The notes under the pieces: generated by a model
Seen by the model: the letters and a program-made list of their open reading frames with translations, nothing else
The model's database searches: none
Told to the model about the DNA's origin: nothing
Made by a program: the position numbers and the translations under genes
Shown here: piece by piece, positions 13,801 through 26,862 of the stretch
How the letters are laid out: every line of letters starts with the position of its first letter
Position numbering within the stretch: the first letter of the stretch is position 1
Assembly (NCBI RefSeq): GCF_964204645.1
Contig: NC_134033.1
Location: 10,176,655-10,240,654 of the forward strand
Direction of reading: 5' to 3'
DNA from: Tubulanus polymorphus
Taxonomy: Eukaryota; Animalia; Nemertea
DNA: 64,000 nucleotides

Positions 13801-14346
13801 ATTATCCAAAAGGTCAGTTAAGCGGCCACATCTCGAGTTGAAATCACCACAAAGCATCACGTTTCCCTTAGATGCGAACTCCGCAATATCCCTGTACAAC
13901 GTATCAAAGATGCCATAAGGGTCTAGAACATGTGTTTTTGAATTAATTGGGGGAATGTATACACAGGCAAGATATAGTTGCTTATCAAATGATGTCAAAT
14001 CTTTACTGACTTCTACCCAAATAATTTGATCATGAATTTTTTTTATACATTTAACACGTGATTTATATTGTTCTTTAATAAGTATTGCTATTCCACCACT
14101 GTGAGACTTGGAGTTAGATTTCAGCTTTTTACGATCGCTTCTAATGACGGAATAGCCATCTATTGAGAAATCAGCATAACCCTGCGTATGAGTCTCCTGC
14201 AGACAAATTATGTCATATCCTTCAGTTAAAATATCGGCAAGATCAAGCTTATTTTCCTTAAGACCACTAAACTTATCAGTAAAAACACCATTTACATTCC
14301 ATGTACATATCTTTAACATACCCCTTTTAAACTGTGATGCAGACAT
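10818..14346 (-). pseudogene. LINE ORF2 (APE endonuclease + reverse transcriptase + C-terminal Cys/His motif), frameshifted
   Basis: TWNVNG, CLQET, GDFNSR, TVDYF, SDH (APE); FIDFQRAFDSV, QGNILSPLLF, YADD, YLG (RT); CDICNCVEDEQHFILSC. Split over six ORF-track pieces in changing frames. Confidence 0.93.
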
Positions 14347-14482
14347 AATTAGCTAGAAGAGATTTGTATATAAGACTTTACAATAAGAAAAACAAAATAA
14401 TATAGAACAATTTACACGACTAAAATTACTAAAACTATAACAAACGAATAGAATATAAACCACTAATGATGATACACAATCA

Positions 14483-15937
14483 CTATTCACGATATCCACA
14501 CACGTGCGAAATTGAGTACAGCTGATTCTTCTGACGAGGGGTGAATATGTCTCTGAAGAGGTGCTTCTGTACTCGTTTATTCCTCACGAAATTGTTATTA
14601 CTGTAAAACAGTATGTCAGCACCGCACCGCAAATAATTAAAATCAAGTATTTTATCGTCCAATTCGCAATCGGTGCTCGGGGTCAAACCAGAGATGATGA
14701 CTTTCAACCCGTAGTGTTTTCTAAAATTCGACGCAATGCTCACAAGCTTCCGGGCTTGAGCTTCGACTTCGGCACGTAACTCACAAAGTCGTATATCATT
14801 TATACCGCAGTGTATAACGATGACATCATAGTTCCCGCGATAGTTTTCACCATAGCTATCCAGTTTCGCTAATGAACTTGTTTTCACAAACTCGGCGTTC
14901 GAGTTCAAGTTACGCGTCAGCCTTTCCGCATCCACACACTTCATAATAGAGTCCGAACATACCAGCACTTTAACGTTAGGATCACTAATTTCTGAATTAC
15001 GCGGAGTCCCGTGGTTTGGGGTGATTGGATCACCTATACCGCCTGACACATCAACGGACTGCTCAGAAAAGGTAGGTTGTCTATAATTGCGTATTGACGG
15101 ATTCGCATTTGTTCCATAGCCCGAGTTGGTTAACTTAAAGGACTGCTCCGATAAAGGAGGTTGCCTACTATCGCATCTTGCCGGGTTCGCACTTGTGATA
15201 TCGTCGCGTAGGTTTCTATACAAAATATCGGTCGCGTGGCCTTAGCTGGCAATCTCATCCTGGGTTCTCAGGATAAGTTCATGCGTTTCCGCAAACAGGT
15301 CGTGATACACTTTGTTGTTCGTCGATATGTCTTGCTGGACGCTTTCCAGGCAACGGAGAACGGAACCTGAGTTATCCGAGAGGCTTGAGGCGACCGAGTT
15401 CAAACTACCTATCTTTTTTTCAAGAAGCCGATTGGCGCCGTCTTTGTTTGAGGCCTCAAGTGATGCAATGATAAGCTGTGCGTCACTTAACACAGCCTGT
15501 ATAGAGTTTTGGAGTTCAGTCGATTTAGACAGAAGGTCATCTGTGTTGTTCAAAACGCGATGAACCGCTGGGACAAGATCTGCTAGCGAACTTTCAATAT
15601 CATCGTTCGCAGTATGGTTTGAATCCAAATGCAGTGAAAAACCACAATTAGGACAGGTCCGGTCTCCAGTCTGTGTCAAAGCTGTATTTGCAGGTGATTT
15701 TGGCTTGGACTTTTTCGCTTTCGTCACAACCACTTTCTTTTTATTAGTAGTAGTGGTTCTAAGTCTAGTCTTTTTACCGCACTGATTATCTATCTTGGGC
15801 GTGAGTGTTGAGGTTTGATCCGGCTCACAATTTTCGAGTAGAGAGTTTAGCTGCACTGTAACGACTGGTGAGCAAACGCGAGATATGTTTACATTCACTG
15901 ATTCGTCAGAAACTACTCGCTGCATGGAGGCCGCCAT
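14483..15937 (-). pseudogene. LINE ORF1 (basic/CxxC region, coiled coil, SGNH esterase-like domain), interrupted
   Basis: ORFs 15242-15937 and 14483-15223 are in the same frame, separated by a TAA. VLVCSDSI and VIVIHCGINDI match SGNH blocks I and III; the DxxH block appears frameshifted near 14545. Confidence 0.8.
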
Positions 15938-16809
15938 CTTGAATCCGACGTTCTTTGTTTAAACGTGGAAATATTCAAAGCTTATTTCTAATGTTACGTG
16001 TGGAAGAAATACCTGTTTTACGGCACGTATGTAATCCTTGACTTAGCAGGTAGCAGGCGTTAACATCTACGAAACGGAATTCCACAATTTTACACAGAAA
16101 TTATAAAGTTTAAACGGAGCGCCGAGCGTGTAACTACTGCTGATATCAGCGCCACCATGAATTGGTTGAATTTTTATGTGGACAAATATATAATCTCAGT
16201 TACACCTGGCCACTTATTTTGGATGATGATAATTTTTCCTTTTGGTTGACAAGGGTAACTGTATTTGTGTTGTGTCATTGCCTGAACTCTGCTCTGATGT
16301 CAAATGTTGCATGTTACTATCATTGTGTCACGAAGTTATTTCCAGTCAGTAATCGAAAGATCTTCAAAACAGAGAAATGCGTACTACTTGCTACTTGCAA
16401 TCACCAACTGGACTTCAGGATGCTATAACTACACAACACGTCGTTACTTCTGTTCCTTCGTCGCAGAATCAGCCAGAATTCGGGGATCCTTTGCAGATCA
16501 TTCAAAATTACAGTTAACGTATCATGGCATCGTCCGTATATAACGACAACATGTGACTCTTCCGTGAATGACTGATAATCCGGATGTTACTGTCCAGCGT
16601 TTGAACATTTTCGCGCGGTGAAACTCAATTTTACACGTTCTCGCAGTGGAAGGAGTTTTAATGAACTTATAGCATCTGCGTTTTCCGAAATTTGGAGGAC
16701 CAAATTTAATTGGACAAGGGGGCATCTGTCACCCTGATGTAATTTGCATATTTCATAATCATATAGATCTACAATGTCATATCGAACAGTTCATAACATT
16801 TCATAGCTC

Positions 16810-17320
<511 letters not shown>

Positions 17321-17369
17321 AAAACTTATGACTATAGTGTCAATATGTGCTCTAAGGTCGTAATCAACA

Positions 17370-17684
17370 TGTGACATTACTCAATATGTTTTCACAATAA
17401 TTAGCTATAGTCAGTGCTCATCGATAATTAATTAATGTCTCTCAAACATGTCACTAGGTGTTTGTTTGTGAGTCCTGATGTCTACAACTTGTCTGACACC
17501 TAGTTCTCACATTATACTCATGATTCTGTATATAAAGACTATGTAAAGCTATGATAATCATTCTCATTCCGGGATGCAATAAAGATTGTACATATAAGGT
17601 TTAACTGCCTTGTTGTTCCTGATGGATGGAATCCTGTACCGCTGGTGTAAATGCTAGTTCCCCAGCCAGCCTGCCGATACAACA
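17370..17684 (+). mobile_element. Possible solo LTR
   Basis: TGTGACAT...ATACAACA termini, internal TATATAAA (~17529) then AATAAA (~17578); flanks AACA/ACCA are only a 3-of-4 TSD match. Confidence 0.35.
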
Positions 17685-18263
17685 ACCAGCCGGTTACAGA
17701 TGGTTTGATTGAATTCACAAGTGAATAGATAGCTACGAAAAGGTTATTAGTCTCAGGACTGCAGATCCAAAATTTCCTAAAAAAATCTATTTCGGGTCAT
17801 GGTATTATCCGATAGTGGTTTCAAGCAGCTATAACTGAGGCTATCGATTTATCAGCGTAGGCCTTTCCCTTCCAATATAATCATGAACGAGAAATTGTTA
17901 TGTCAAAACTTACAATTTAACCAGGGTTTTACACTTCTAAATTACTATTCGCACCGATAGGTGTTGTTCAAGTGAATAATAACATGGAATGAATTCCACA
18001 GCTACGAGTTACGAGTTATCTCTGCGATAAATGAGTTCATTTTTGTATGTAGTGAAACTATGAGCTAAACAATGACTGAAATCCTTACCCGATTCTGTGG
18101 ATGAATTGATCCAGGTGATTTAAGTGATGAGCCCTTCGACCGGTGGACGAGTTGTTGGAGATCGAATGTAACAGAAGAGTTCAAGACGAGTTTATCAGTT
18201 TCACTGAACGGCAGTAGACAACAGCGATTGCAAACGCGTATGCCGCACTAGTAGGCCTATCTA

Positions 18264-20583
18264 CACTCTTAGAACAAAGGGAGCAAGAACCTTAAGGGGG
18301 TTCTTGGGATTGCCTCCCAGGGAGAACATTTTTTGTAGGGTTCCTTGAAGAACCCCTGGCAAAGGTTCTTTGAAGAACCATTTCGTATAAAGGGTTCTTG
18401 TAAGAACCGCTTTCAATATTATCAAATGGTTCTTGACAGGGTTCTTGGGGGAACCATTTTAGGTATTTTAGGGTTCCTCATTCATTTTTGGCTGTTCAAG
18501 CTGTTCATGATTTGTCCATCCTCTAACATGTTTGACTGCTCCCTTAATCCTCGTGTGGATAAAAAAAACTGATGAAAAGAATCGCGTAAAATTGATAACA
18601 TGTAAACTTTTTTATTATAAAATCTCATGAATTAAGATATGAATGATACACACTAAATGATACAAAAATAGTTTCACTAAATGGTTACAAATGTACAATA
18701 AGATTGAAATATGGAGAACTTATGTCAGTTGCGCTAATCGCTTAGTATCTTATATCGGTTGGGAGTTTTTCCACATTAAGTCAAATACATAATGTTTTGA
18801 GAATATCAAAGTGTTTTAGATATTAGTGGAATATGATATAAGATGATATGTTAAACGTATAATAGGCCGACTTAAAGTAGGCCACTCCGCTTATTGAGAA
18901 TCTATCCACTTTCAGTAAGCCATCTTCTTAGATAAGTTTGTTTCAACGCGCTGCCACCTTCGCACCCTTTCAACCGCAGCACCTGGATGATAGTCGTATA
19001 TTTCCTGAAATTCAAATAATATTGAGAATTAATGGTGTAACAAAATCGATTATGTTTTGCAATGATGCATACTCTGCGAGTAAATCTTAACACTTTATAA
19101 TATTACATGCAATAAGTTCCAAATACATTTGTCAATAGAAAAGACAAACGAAGTTAACAGTGGGATTTGATTCAGAAAAATACGAACCTTTTTAACGGTT
19201 TTCAATTCTTTCGCATCCTCTCTCAAAAATTCCATGGTAATACGTGAAGCTCTGCTGTTAACATCACATCTGAAAACCAGTGAATATGTAGATTGAAAAT
19301 GATTATCTTCTATCAAAATACAGTCACACAGTAAAGGCCATGAATCAAGATATACTAACCTGTTTCTGCAATTTCGCTACTTTGAAGCGACACGATTGCC
19401 ATATGTACAGACTTTGCACCGCGCTCACATTATGGTCAACTTCCATGGAACAGTTTCTATAACAAAAAAACGAAAGTGATAGGAAAGTTTTAAACAATAA
19501 TTATGGTCAATCCGATTCTGGGTCACTCAGGCTTTATGGCCTATATTTCAATTATCACAAATATCATATAAATTCATTAAATGGTATTTACCAGAGTTAA
19601 TTCACATTTCCGAGCTCCAAACATTCCATCTTACAAAACAACGAAAGAACGATATACACTATGCACTGTATCGACGTTTGTAATCTAATAAAACTCTTTG
19701 TTATATACTCTTTATTTAAATGTGTATGAGTCGTGATGGCAGATAATTATACAACAGTTAGTTGCATGAACAAAGGAATAATTGCCTGATCATGTACACA
19801 TGGCCCTATAGGCTCGAAACTACGATAACACGATAATAATTAGGCCCAAAGCATTACGTTACTTTGAATGTTAACTATACCCTATGTTTTTATTCATCAA
19901 AAAATTTATAATGACTTCAAATGAATGTTTTGGTTAAAATTGAGCCGAAAAAACACAATTCTCATTTTTTAGCTGCATCAGAACTTTGAATTTACTAGTT
20001 CTTTTTAAACTGCACAGTCTATCCAGAAACGCATAGGATTTAGAACAGTTTAATTGTCTTTTTGAAGCATTAAATGTTTTTTTCCCTAATGTCTGTCTCA
20101 GACTAACAAATCAAGTGATTCAGTCTCTCTACATTATTATCACAAGTTAAAGGGGTTCACCACACATTTTAAACATACAACATTTTTAATTTTAAAGGAC
20201 GAATTGAAATAAAGGTTCATTAATTCTAAAAATGTATCCTTATCGCGCACGGTCACCAATTTTTGAATATTATGATATATTATACATAATTAATTGTTTT
20301 CAAAGATAACCCAATTCTAATATCCAGTCCAAATGTTTTGTATATGACCTACACCACAAGTCATAGAAAATCGGCTATATTCATCAGCTATACTAATCAA
20401 CCCCTGTTCAGGTCTACTAAATTATTAATTGACAATTGAAACCACTTTAGGGTTCTTTTTAAGAGCTATAATGTCTCGAAGAACCCCAATCTGCATTCCA
20501 TATTACTGAAGAACCTTAAAAGCCTCACCAAGAACCCCTAGGTTCTTCGAAGAACCCCTGGAGAACCCTTTGTTCTAAGAGTG
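18264..20583. mobile_element. Non-autonomous CACTA/EnSpm (CMC)-like DNA transposon
   Basis: Perfect 18-bp TIR CACTCTTAGAACAAAGGG / CCCTTTGTTCTAAGAGTG; many subterminal GGTTCTT/AAGAACC repeats at both ends (18280-18480, 20450-20570); flanks TA/AA; no recognisable transposase. Confidence 0.85.
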
Positions 20584-21120
20584 AAGGTTGCAAAAATACG
20601 TACGTTTATTCACCCTTAGCCGAGTCTTGAGCCCTATGGCACCGTATACTGCCTCGACGTGCAGTCGTGTGGTGCCATCGGGTTCGAGTCCCAGTTTAGG
20701 ACCTCTCATTAAAATGTTCAATGAGTGCATTCTAATGCACACAATGCTAATTATCGATAAGCGAAATGCATAAAAAGATTACTGTACAACGCGTCGTCAC
20801 GCTCGCGTGTGGTGTTTTTGTTTTAAAAAGAATGAGCTGACCGTAAACAATCTGATGCGGGTTTCGGACCTTATTATATACTTTTTATTTTGACTTTTGG
20901 GAGTGACGCAGGCAATTTGACGAAAAACCAGGTATCAAATTTGAAGGGCCTTTTTTACCGAAATGCTGTCTATCTTGATCAATTAGGTCGTTCACGCCTA
21001 GCTTTCCCCATTTAGAAAATTAATATTGTCACTTTCGTCACTTTTGGAATTTGTAATATCTGAGTCATTTAGTTTCTCTCTAAAGATAAGGATGAAACCT
21101 GTCGCTCTCGTTACCAAAAG

Positions 21121-21155
21121 GTGTGATGAGAAACAAGTGTATTTTTTGCGTGGCC
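21121..21155. mobile_element. Orphan right TIR of the Harbinger-like MITE family
   Basis: GTGTGATGAGAAACAAGTGTATTTTTTGCGTGGCC matches the TIRs at 4005-4449 and 47998-48631; matching left end not found. Confidence 0.6.
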
Positions 21156-21302
21156 TACACTATTGCCAGTTCAACCACTCTACTAAACTTAGTTAACGTG
21201 TTTGTTGATTTACTGATAGTATGATAGCACCAGGAGCCATTGTATTTTCGATCAATCAATTACAGAACAACAGGACACGTTCTTGAAAATGGTAAAAGAT
21301 GT

Positions 21303-21556
21303 GAGGAGAGAATCCCACAATGATTTCCTTTAGTTTGTATCATCTCTGATTACTTGAATTAGTCTCTTTGTCTCTGGATTGTATATATATCTCATAATTT
21401 CTGTAGTATCTCATTATTCCTGAAGATGACTATTAGGATATAGTCGAAACGTTGAAATAAACTACTATCTCGAAGTTTCTTTTTCGGACTTTTTATTATC
21501 ATTGTGGGATTCTCTCCTCATCGCGTCAACACGGATATAGTGTTCTACCAATCGTA
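21303..21556 (+). mobile_element. Short Penelope-like insertion with inverted segment and hammerhead motif
   Basis: 11-bp TSD GTAAAAGATGT (21292-21302, 21557-21567); inverted repeat GAGGAGAGAATCCCACAATGAT (21303-21324) vs 21498-21519; hammerhead core inside. Confidence 0.8.
21412..21460 (+). ncRNA. Minimal type I hammerhead ribozyme motif (Penelope-type)
   Basis: CTGAAGA-T-[GACTAT/TAGGAT loop/ATAGTC]-GAAAC-GTT, with imperfect stem I (TTATTC / GAAATAA). Activity not shown. Confidence 0.7.
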
Positions 21557-22282
21557 GTAAAAGATGTTCTTAAACACCCGGAAGATTCTGTGTAAGAATA
21601 AAACCTGAAGAATCAACGATGACCTCGGTTCGTCCGGAACTACAAATCACATGCTATTGACTCGTTTATACTCTACATTTAGAATTATTTAATATTTGCT
21701 TCCAAGAATCTTGATGGTCTATCCATTAATAAGCATCAATGAAGACAGACCAATAAAATATTGAAGGATTTTATACATGGAATCAAACTGACCTGTCTCT
21801 CGAAACAATTGGACATTGGCATTGTAAACCACTGTCTCATTGAATGCGCAGAGACGGTTTCTACGGCTGGAACGTACGTATTATAATATTATGAGTGAAC
21901 ATGTACTATTATGTATTAGGATACGGTCCCCGTGGTCATCGAATTGTTATCGCAGCCTGATAAAAGTTCTCGAGTAGCGATTGTGTACAGTCATGTTTAA
22001 TAAAGAGCTCTGATACAATCCATGATCATCGTCCAATTGTTGATTGCTGGGCATGAAATCGTTACACGTATATGATAGTCATGTATGTTTCATATGACCG
22101 TGACCCAGCAATTAGTTGATACCACATGATTTCCAAAGCATTTGCTTTAAACAAGCAAGAGCCGATTATCATTCAACACAGTTTACACTCAGCCCTGTTC
22201 TAGTGTACATCATATGCAGTTCAAAAGAAAAACATAAAATAGTCACAAATCTACTAAAAAGGAATTTATAAGAAAATTAATC

Positions 22283-23708
22283 ATGTCTAAAACAAAGATT
22301 GCAGTGATTTGCTACGAATCGATGGAGACGCATTCTTCGGAAATCGGAATCCAGGGAATGAGCGAAAATGCGAAGGAATGTTACGAGTTTATGAATTTAA
22401 TTCGTTCACCGCATGAAGATATATTTGATTTCACAGAGAGATGTATCGATATAGTGAAGAATGAACAAATTACCGGTGTGCTAGGACTACATGATATTGG
22501 GGCTATAATCAGTGCTGCAATCTGTGAAAGGTTACCTCATATTCCTGGACCATCATTGAAATCGGTAGCGATCGCTTTACATAAGTATTACACTCGTTTG
22601 TATTTCGCCAAAGAACAAGGTGGAATTGATTATCGATTATTGAGGTATGATGCTTCCCCTACTGAAATACACGATGTCCTCAACCAAGTAGGATTTCCGT
22701 GTTTTGTGAAGCCGTGCTCGGCCACAAATTCCCTTGGTGCGATAGAAATTAAGAGCACGGATGATCTTCTAGGAAACCTTAAGGTTTACGAGGCTCTAAG
22801 ATTAGAAAGCAAATGGAAACGCTTCAAGGAGGGATTTCTATCTAAGGTAGGAGCCCCCTGTCCCGAAGATGCGCTCATTGTAGAAGAATTTGAAGATTTC
22901 GATGCGTTTATATCTGCGATGGGACTGGTCGCTAATGGGCAGATTATTAGATGGGCGACATTTGACGACAACTTTTGGAAAACCGACCCTGTGCAGGTGT
23001 CGAGCCTGTCATATCCATCAAAGGTATCGGAAGATGTGCAACACGAAATCTGGAAAACCTTTGATATTGTCGTTAAGAGAATGATTGACCATGGATTCAA
23101 CAATCAATTCGTATTTCTGGAAATGGTTATTATGAAGGACGGAAGCCATAAAATAATAGAGGTGAATCATAGAATTGCGATTGGATGTATACCAATGTTT
23201 AAAGCTTGCTTAAATGATGGCGACTGCTTTGAGGCGCTGTTGAAAGTCAGTCAAGGCATAATGCCAAAGGTACCGACCCCAAACGGTAGAAGCTTCATGT
23301 TAGGATATCTTACAACGTATGCCACAGACAAGGTGACAAATCTGATTGATCTTGAAATGATGAAACACCATCCCGAGGTTCATCTCTGGTTAGACCCACA
23401 AGACCAAATAACACATCGTGGAGCAAAAATTTGTAGTCTCCTAGGATTCGTTTCTGTTTGTGCTCCAACATACAAAGGTTTGTTAACATTTGAAGAAAGT
23501 ACATGTACGTAAAAGTAATACATGTGTGTACTTGCGCCAGACATTCTAAGAGTCTTTATCAACAGTCTATCTGACGTGTAATGTTGAAATATTATTGCAG
23601 TAGTAATTAAAACCAGCGTTTTACGTTTCATTTACAGAACAACAGGACACGTTTTTGAAGATAGCAAAAGATGTTTTAAAACAACCCGAACATTCTGTGT
23701 GGGAATAA
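22283..23708 (+). CDS. ATP-grasp domain ligase, paralogue 1 (L-amino-acid ligase / carnosine-synthase-like fold); exons 22283-23477 and 23638-23708
   Basis: HKYYTR, GFPCFVKP, LIVEEF, FLEM...IIEVNHR are the conserved ATP/Mg-binding elements of ATP-grasp enzymes. Phase-1 intron GTTTGT...TTACAG gives the C-terminus EQQDTFLKIAKDVLKQPEHSVWE*. No signal peptide. Confidence 0.9.
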
Positions 23709-23755
23709 AACCTGAAGTATCGACTGGAATCTTCGGAACTAGGTATAATTGCAAT

Positions 23756-23953
23756 AAGATAAAATCCCACTATTTACAGATTAAAAGAATTTAAAAACCA
23801 GAATTTATTTATTCAATCAAAATATATAAAAGACACGACGTTTCGATCTCACCCTAGAGATCATCGAATTCTGGTTTTTAAATTCTTTTAATCTGTAAAT
23901 AGTGGGATTTTATCTTATTATCCGTTCACCACGTTTGAGTGTGGTTATCGTTC
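23756..23953. mobile_element. Second short Penelope-like insertion with inversion and truncated hammerhead
   Basis: 12-bp TSD TATAATTGCAAT (23744-23755, 23954-23965); ~53-bp perfect inverted repeat (23753-23805 vs 23867-23919); minus strand 23832-23865 reads GA-T-GATCTC-TAGGGT-GAGATC-GAAAC-GTC. Confidence 0.8.
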
Positions 23954-24391
23954 TATAATTGCAATGACAGTATATATTGAGCTGCTGCAGTACTTCATAT
24001 ACTCTATATTCATTTACCAGAACCATTATAGCTTCGCTTCCAGAAATCTTGCTTATGTCTTTGTCGAACCTAAATGTGCGTCGATAAATCCTGTAAGACC
24101 CGGAATCAAATTTGTCTGTCTCTATAGACAATATTGTCGACTACAGTCTATAGATACACTTTCAATACACTACGACGGTTTCCACAGCTGGCACGTATGT
24201 CTCGCAATGTTTCTTTTTGACCATGACCCAGGCTGTTCAGCATTTCGGCAAATTAAAAGAACACAATATGTTAAGTTTAGTTTGGTTATTCAGTTTATAA
24301 CGTTATACAAAACACATACATATCGAATACTAAAATTCTACATATAAGGTAATGACCTGATGTCCTACATTACTGTTAAAACATGATGGGA

Positions 24392-24540
24392 TATACATTA
24401 CATTATACATATACATTATACATATACATTATACATATACATTATACATATACATTATACATATACATTATACATATACATTATACATATACATTATACA
24501 TATACATTATACATATACATTATACATATAAATCATACAT
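24392..24540. repeat. 13-bp minisatellite (CATTATACATATA)n
   Basis: About 10 near-perfect copies upstream of ATP-grasp paralogue 2. Confidence 0.92.
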
Positions 24541-24879
24541 ACACGTTATACATATTCGTGATTGTGTAGATGGTGGAGATGTTGATGATGGTAATGACGA
24601 CCAGTCAACCAGTCGACTAGTTGTCCAGTCGCCTCAGTCACCTAGTCATCATCCAGTCACCACCAGTCTTTCAGTTATGCAGCTAACCAGTCAAGTGCGC
24701 GTATATAGTATGTAGGGTGTATGCATATTAATATCCGATTTGCCTTCCGAGCTAGAACGTACTATCATTCGATACTGTTAGCGCTCAGCTCTGTTCCAGT
24801 GTACACAATGAACTCTACAAAGGACAAACACCAAAAGTCTCCAATTTGTTTAAGCGATTTCCTAAGCAGAAAAGTAACC

Positions 24880-26289
24880 ATGTCTAAAACAAAGATCGCA
24901 GTGATTTGCTACGAATCGATGGAGGTGCATTCTTCAAAAATCGGAATTCAGGGTTTGAGAGAAGATGTGAAGGAATGTTACGATTTTATGAATATAATAC
25001 GTTCAGCAGATGAAGATATATTTGATTTCACAGAGAGATGTATCGATATAGTGAAGAATGAACAAATAACTGGTGTCCTAGGACTACGTGATATTGCGGC
25101 TATAATCAGTGCTGCAATCTGTGAAAGGTTACCTCAGATACCTGGACCATCATTGAAATCAGTAGCGATCGCTTTACATAAATATTACACTCGTTTGTAT
25201 TTCACTAAAGAACAAGGTGGAATTGATTATCGATTATTAAGGTATGATGCTGCACCTACTGAAATACATAATGTCCTCAATCAAGTAGGATTTCCGTGTT
25301 TTGTGAAGCCGTGTTCGGGCACACTTTCCGTTGCTTCGAAGAAAATTGAATGCGAGAATGTGTTACGCCAGAATATGGAGGTCTACGACACTCTGAAAGT
25401 AGAGAAAAAATGGAAACGCTTCAATGAGGGATTTCTGTCTAAAGTAGGAGCTCCATGTCCGGAAGATGCGCTGATAGTGGAAGAATTTGCAGACTTCGAC
25501 GCATTTATAATTGTGACTGGACTAGTTGCCCATGGGCAAATTATTAACTGGTCAATATCCGACATTAACTTTTGGAAATCCGATCCCACTGCGATGTCAA
25601 ACATGACATTTCCCTCAAGAATACAAAAAGATACCCAAGATGCAGTCTGGAAAACATTTGATATTGTCGTTCAGAGAATGATTGACCATGGATTCAACAA
25701 TCAATTCGTATTTCTTGAAATGGTCATTATGGAGGATGGAAGCCAAAAAATTATAGAGGTGAATCATAGGATTGTCACTGAATGTATACCAATGTCAAGA
25801 GCATGTTTCACTGAAGGTGACTGCTTTGATGCGCTGTTGAAAGTCAGTCAAGGGATAGTACCAAACGCACCTACTCCAAACGGTAGAAGTTTCATGGTAG
25901 GATATCTTACAACCTATGCCACAGACAGAGTTGACAATCTGATAGATTTCGAAGTGTTGAAAAGCCATCCAGAAATACATCTTTGGTTAGATCCACAAGA
26001 CCAAGTTGAATACCGAGGAGGATCGATTGGTAGTTTTCTTGGATTTGTTTACGTGTCAGCTCCAACTTACAAAGGTTTGTTAACATAACAGATAGGTAAA
26101 AAAAACATATAATATAATCACTATTCTAAGAATCACCTACAAAACAATTCAATTTATAAACGTATTGATTAGAAGGAGATGACATTACATCATTTCAATG
26201 ATTTCATTTCAGAGCAATACGACAAGTTTTTGGCGATAGCGAAAGATGTTCTAAAACAGCCAGAATTTATGTGTATGGAAATGAATTAG
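24880..26289 (+). CDS. ATP-grasp domain ligase, paralogue 2; exons 24880-26074 and 26213-26289
   Basis: Collinear with paralogue 1 from MSKTKIAVICYESME; same motifs and same intron position; C-terminus EQYDKFLAIAKDVLKQPEFMCMEMN*. Confidence 0.9.
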
Positions 26290-26862
26290 CTCATCTTCCC
26301 TTTTAAATGAATCACTAAAATGTAGATTGAACGTTGAAAACATTCTACGAATAGAGCAATGAACTAGATAATAATGCATAATGTTTATGATACGTTAGAT
26401 TTTGTGTGAAAGCAGTTCATGAACCTTTGTTTGTTATCGATGGTCACTGCTCCGGTCAGTGACTAAGGTCGTCTATTGTTTCTACGTACGTAGTCTATCT
26501 AACTTCATGGAATAATAATGACCTCATAAGAACGCAGTGGTAATAAATAGATAATCAATGTATTCTACAAAATACATGTTGTAACGTGGGAATCAGTATC
26601 GATTCCATCTGGACACATTACGTGTACATTTCTTACGCCGTAAAAGCACTAATTCAAACATGATGAAAACTATGATCCGAAACGTCAGTGCATTAGACGT
26701 TTCATTGCGGGGGTTTAGTACCCACAGTTTGTGAACATTTCGAAAAGCCTACAGTAAAGTTTAACTGTATACAGTTACTTATTGTATCGTTATTGCATGT
26801 CATCTGTAAAACATTCGTCAAGATATCTATAATCAACGTTTATTTTAAAGATGTATCTAATG

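Larger units (their letters stand above)
10641..16160 (-). mobile_element. Full-length degenerate non-LTR retrotransposon (LINE; RTE-X or CR1/L2-group type with esterase ORF1)
   Basis: Two-ORF layout on the minus strand; 3' end AATAAAC followed by (AAACTTG)3 at 10641-10669; 5' boundary approximate; no convincing TSD. Clade call needs an RT phylogeny. Confidence 0.9.
21266..21615 (+). pseudogene. Orphan terminal exon of a lost ATP-grasp paralogue, split by an insertion
   Basis: TTACAG acceptor then QQDTFLKMVKDV|insertion|LKHPEDSV*, followed by GAATAAAACCTGAAG as in the 23638-23720 exon; the TGG codon has become a stop. Confidence 0.85.

Noticed and set aside
20640-20705. tRNA genes suggested by GTTCGA B-boxes (also 34510-34575, 43735-43770, 48360-48380)
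   Set aside because: No complete cloverleaf; better explained as SINE heads or repeat fragments.
24383-24715. Tyr/Ile/His repeat ORF
   Set aside because: Translation of the 13-bp minisatellite.
24721-24879. 53-aa N-terminal extension of ATP-grasp paralogue 2 as a targeting peptide
   Set aside because: The homologous upstream region of paralogue 1 is not open in frame, and both align from MSKTKIAV; treated as 5' UTR, although use of an upstream ATG is not excluded.
22283-26289. Bacterial contamination or chimeric contig as the source of the ATP-grasp genes
   Set aside because: Both copies share a GT-AG intron and are interleaved with the same transposon families found in neighbouring host introns.
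26655-26690. Hammerhead-like strings (ATGATGA...GAAACGTC; also 5722-5750 and 4418-4430)
   Set aside because: Core C/U or stem II is missing; cannot be folded convincingly.
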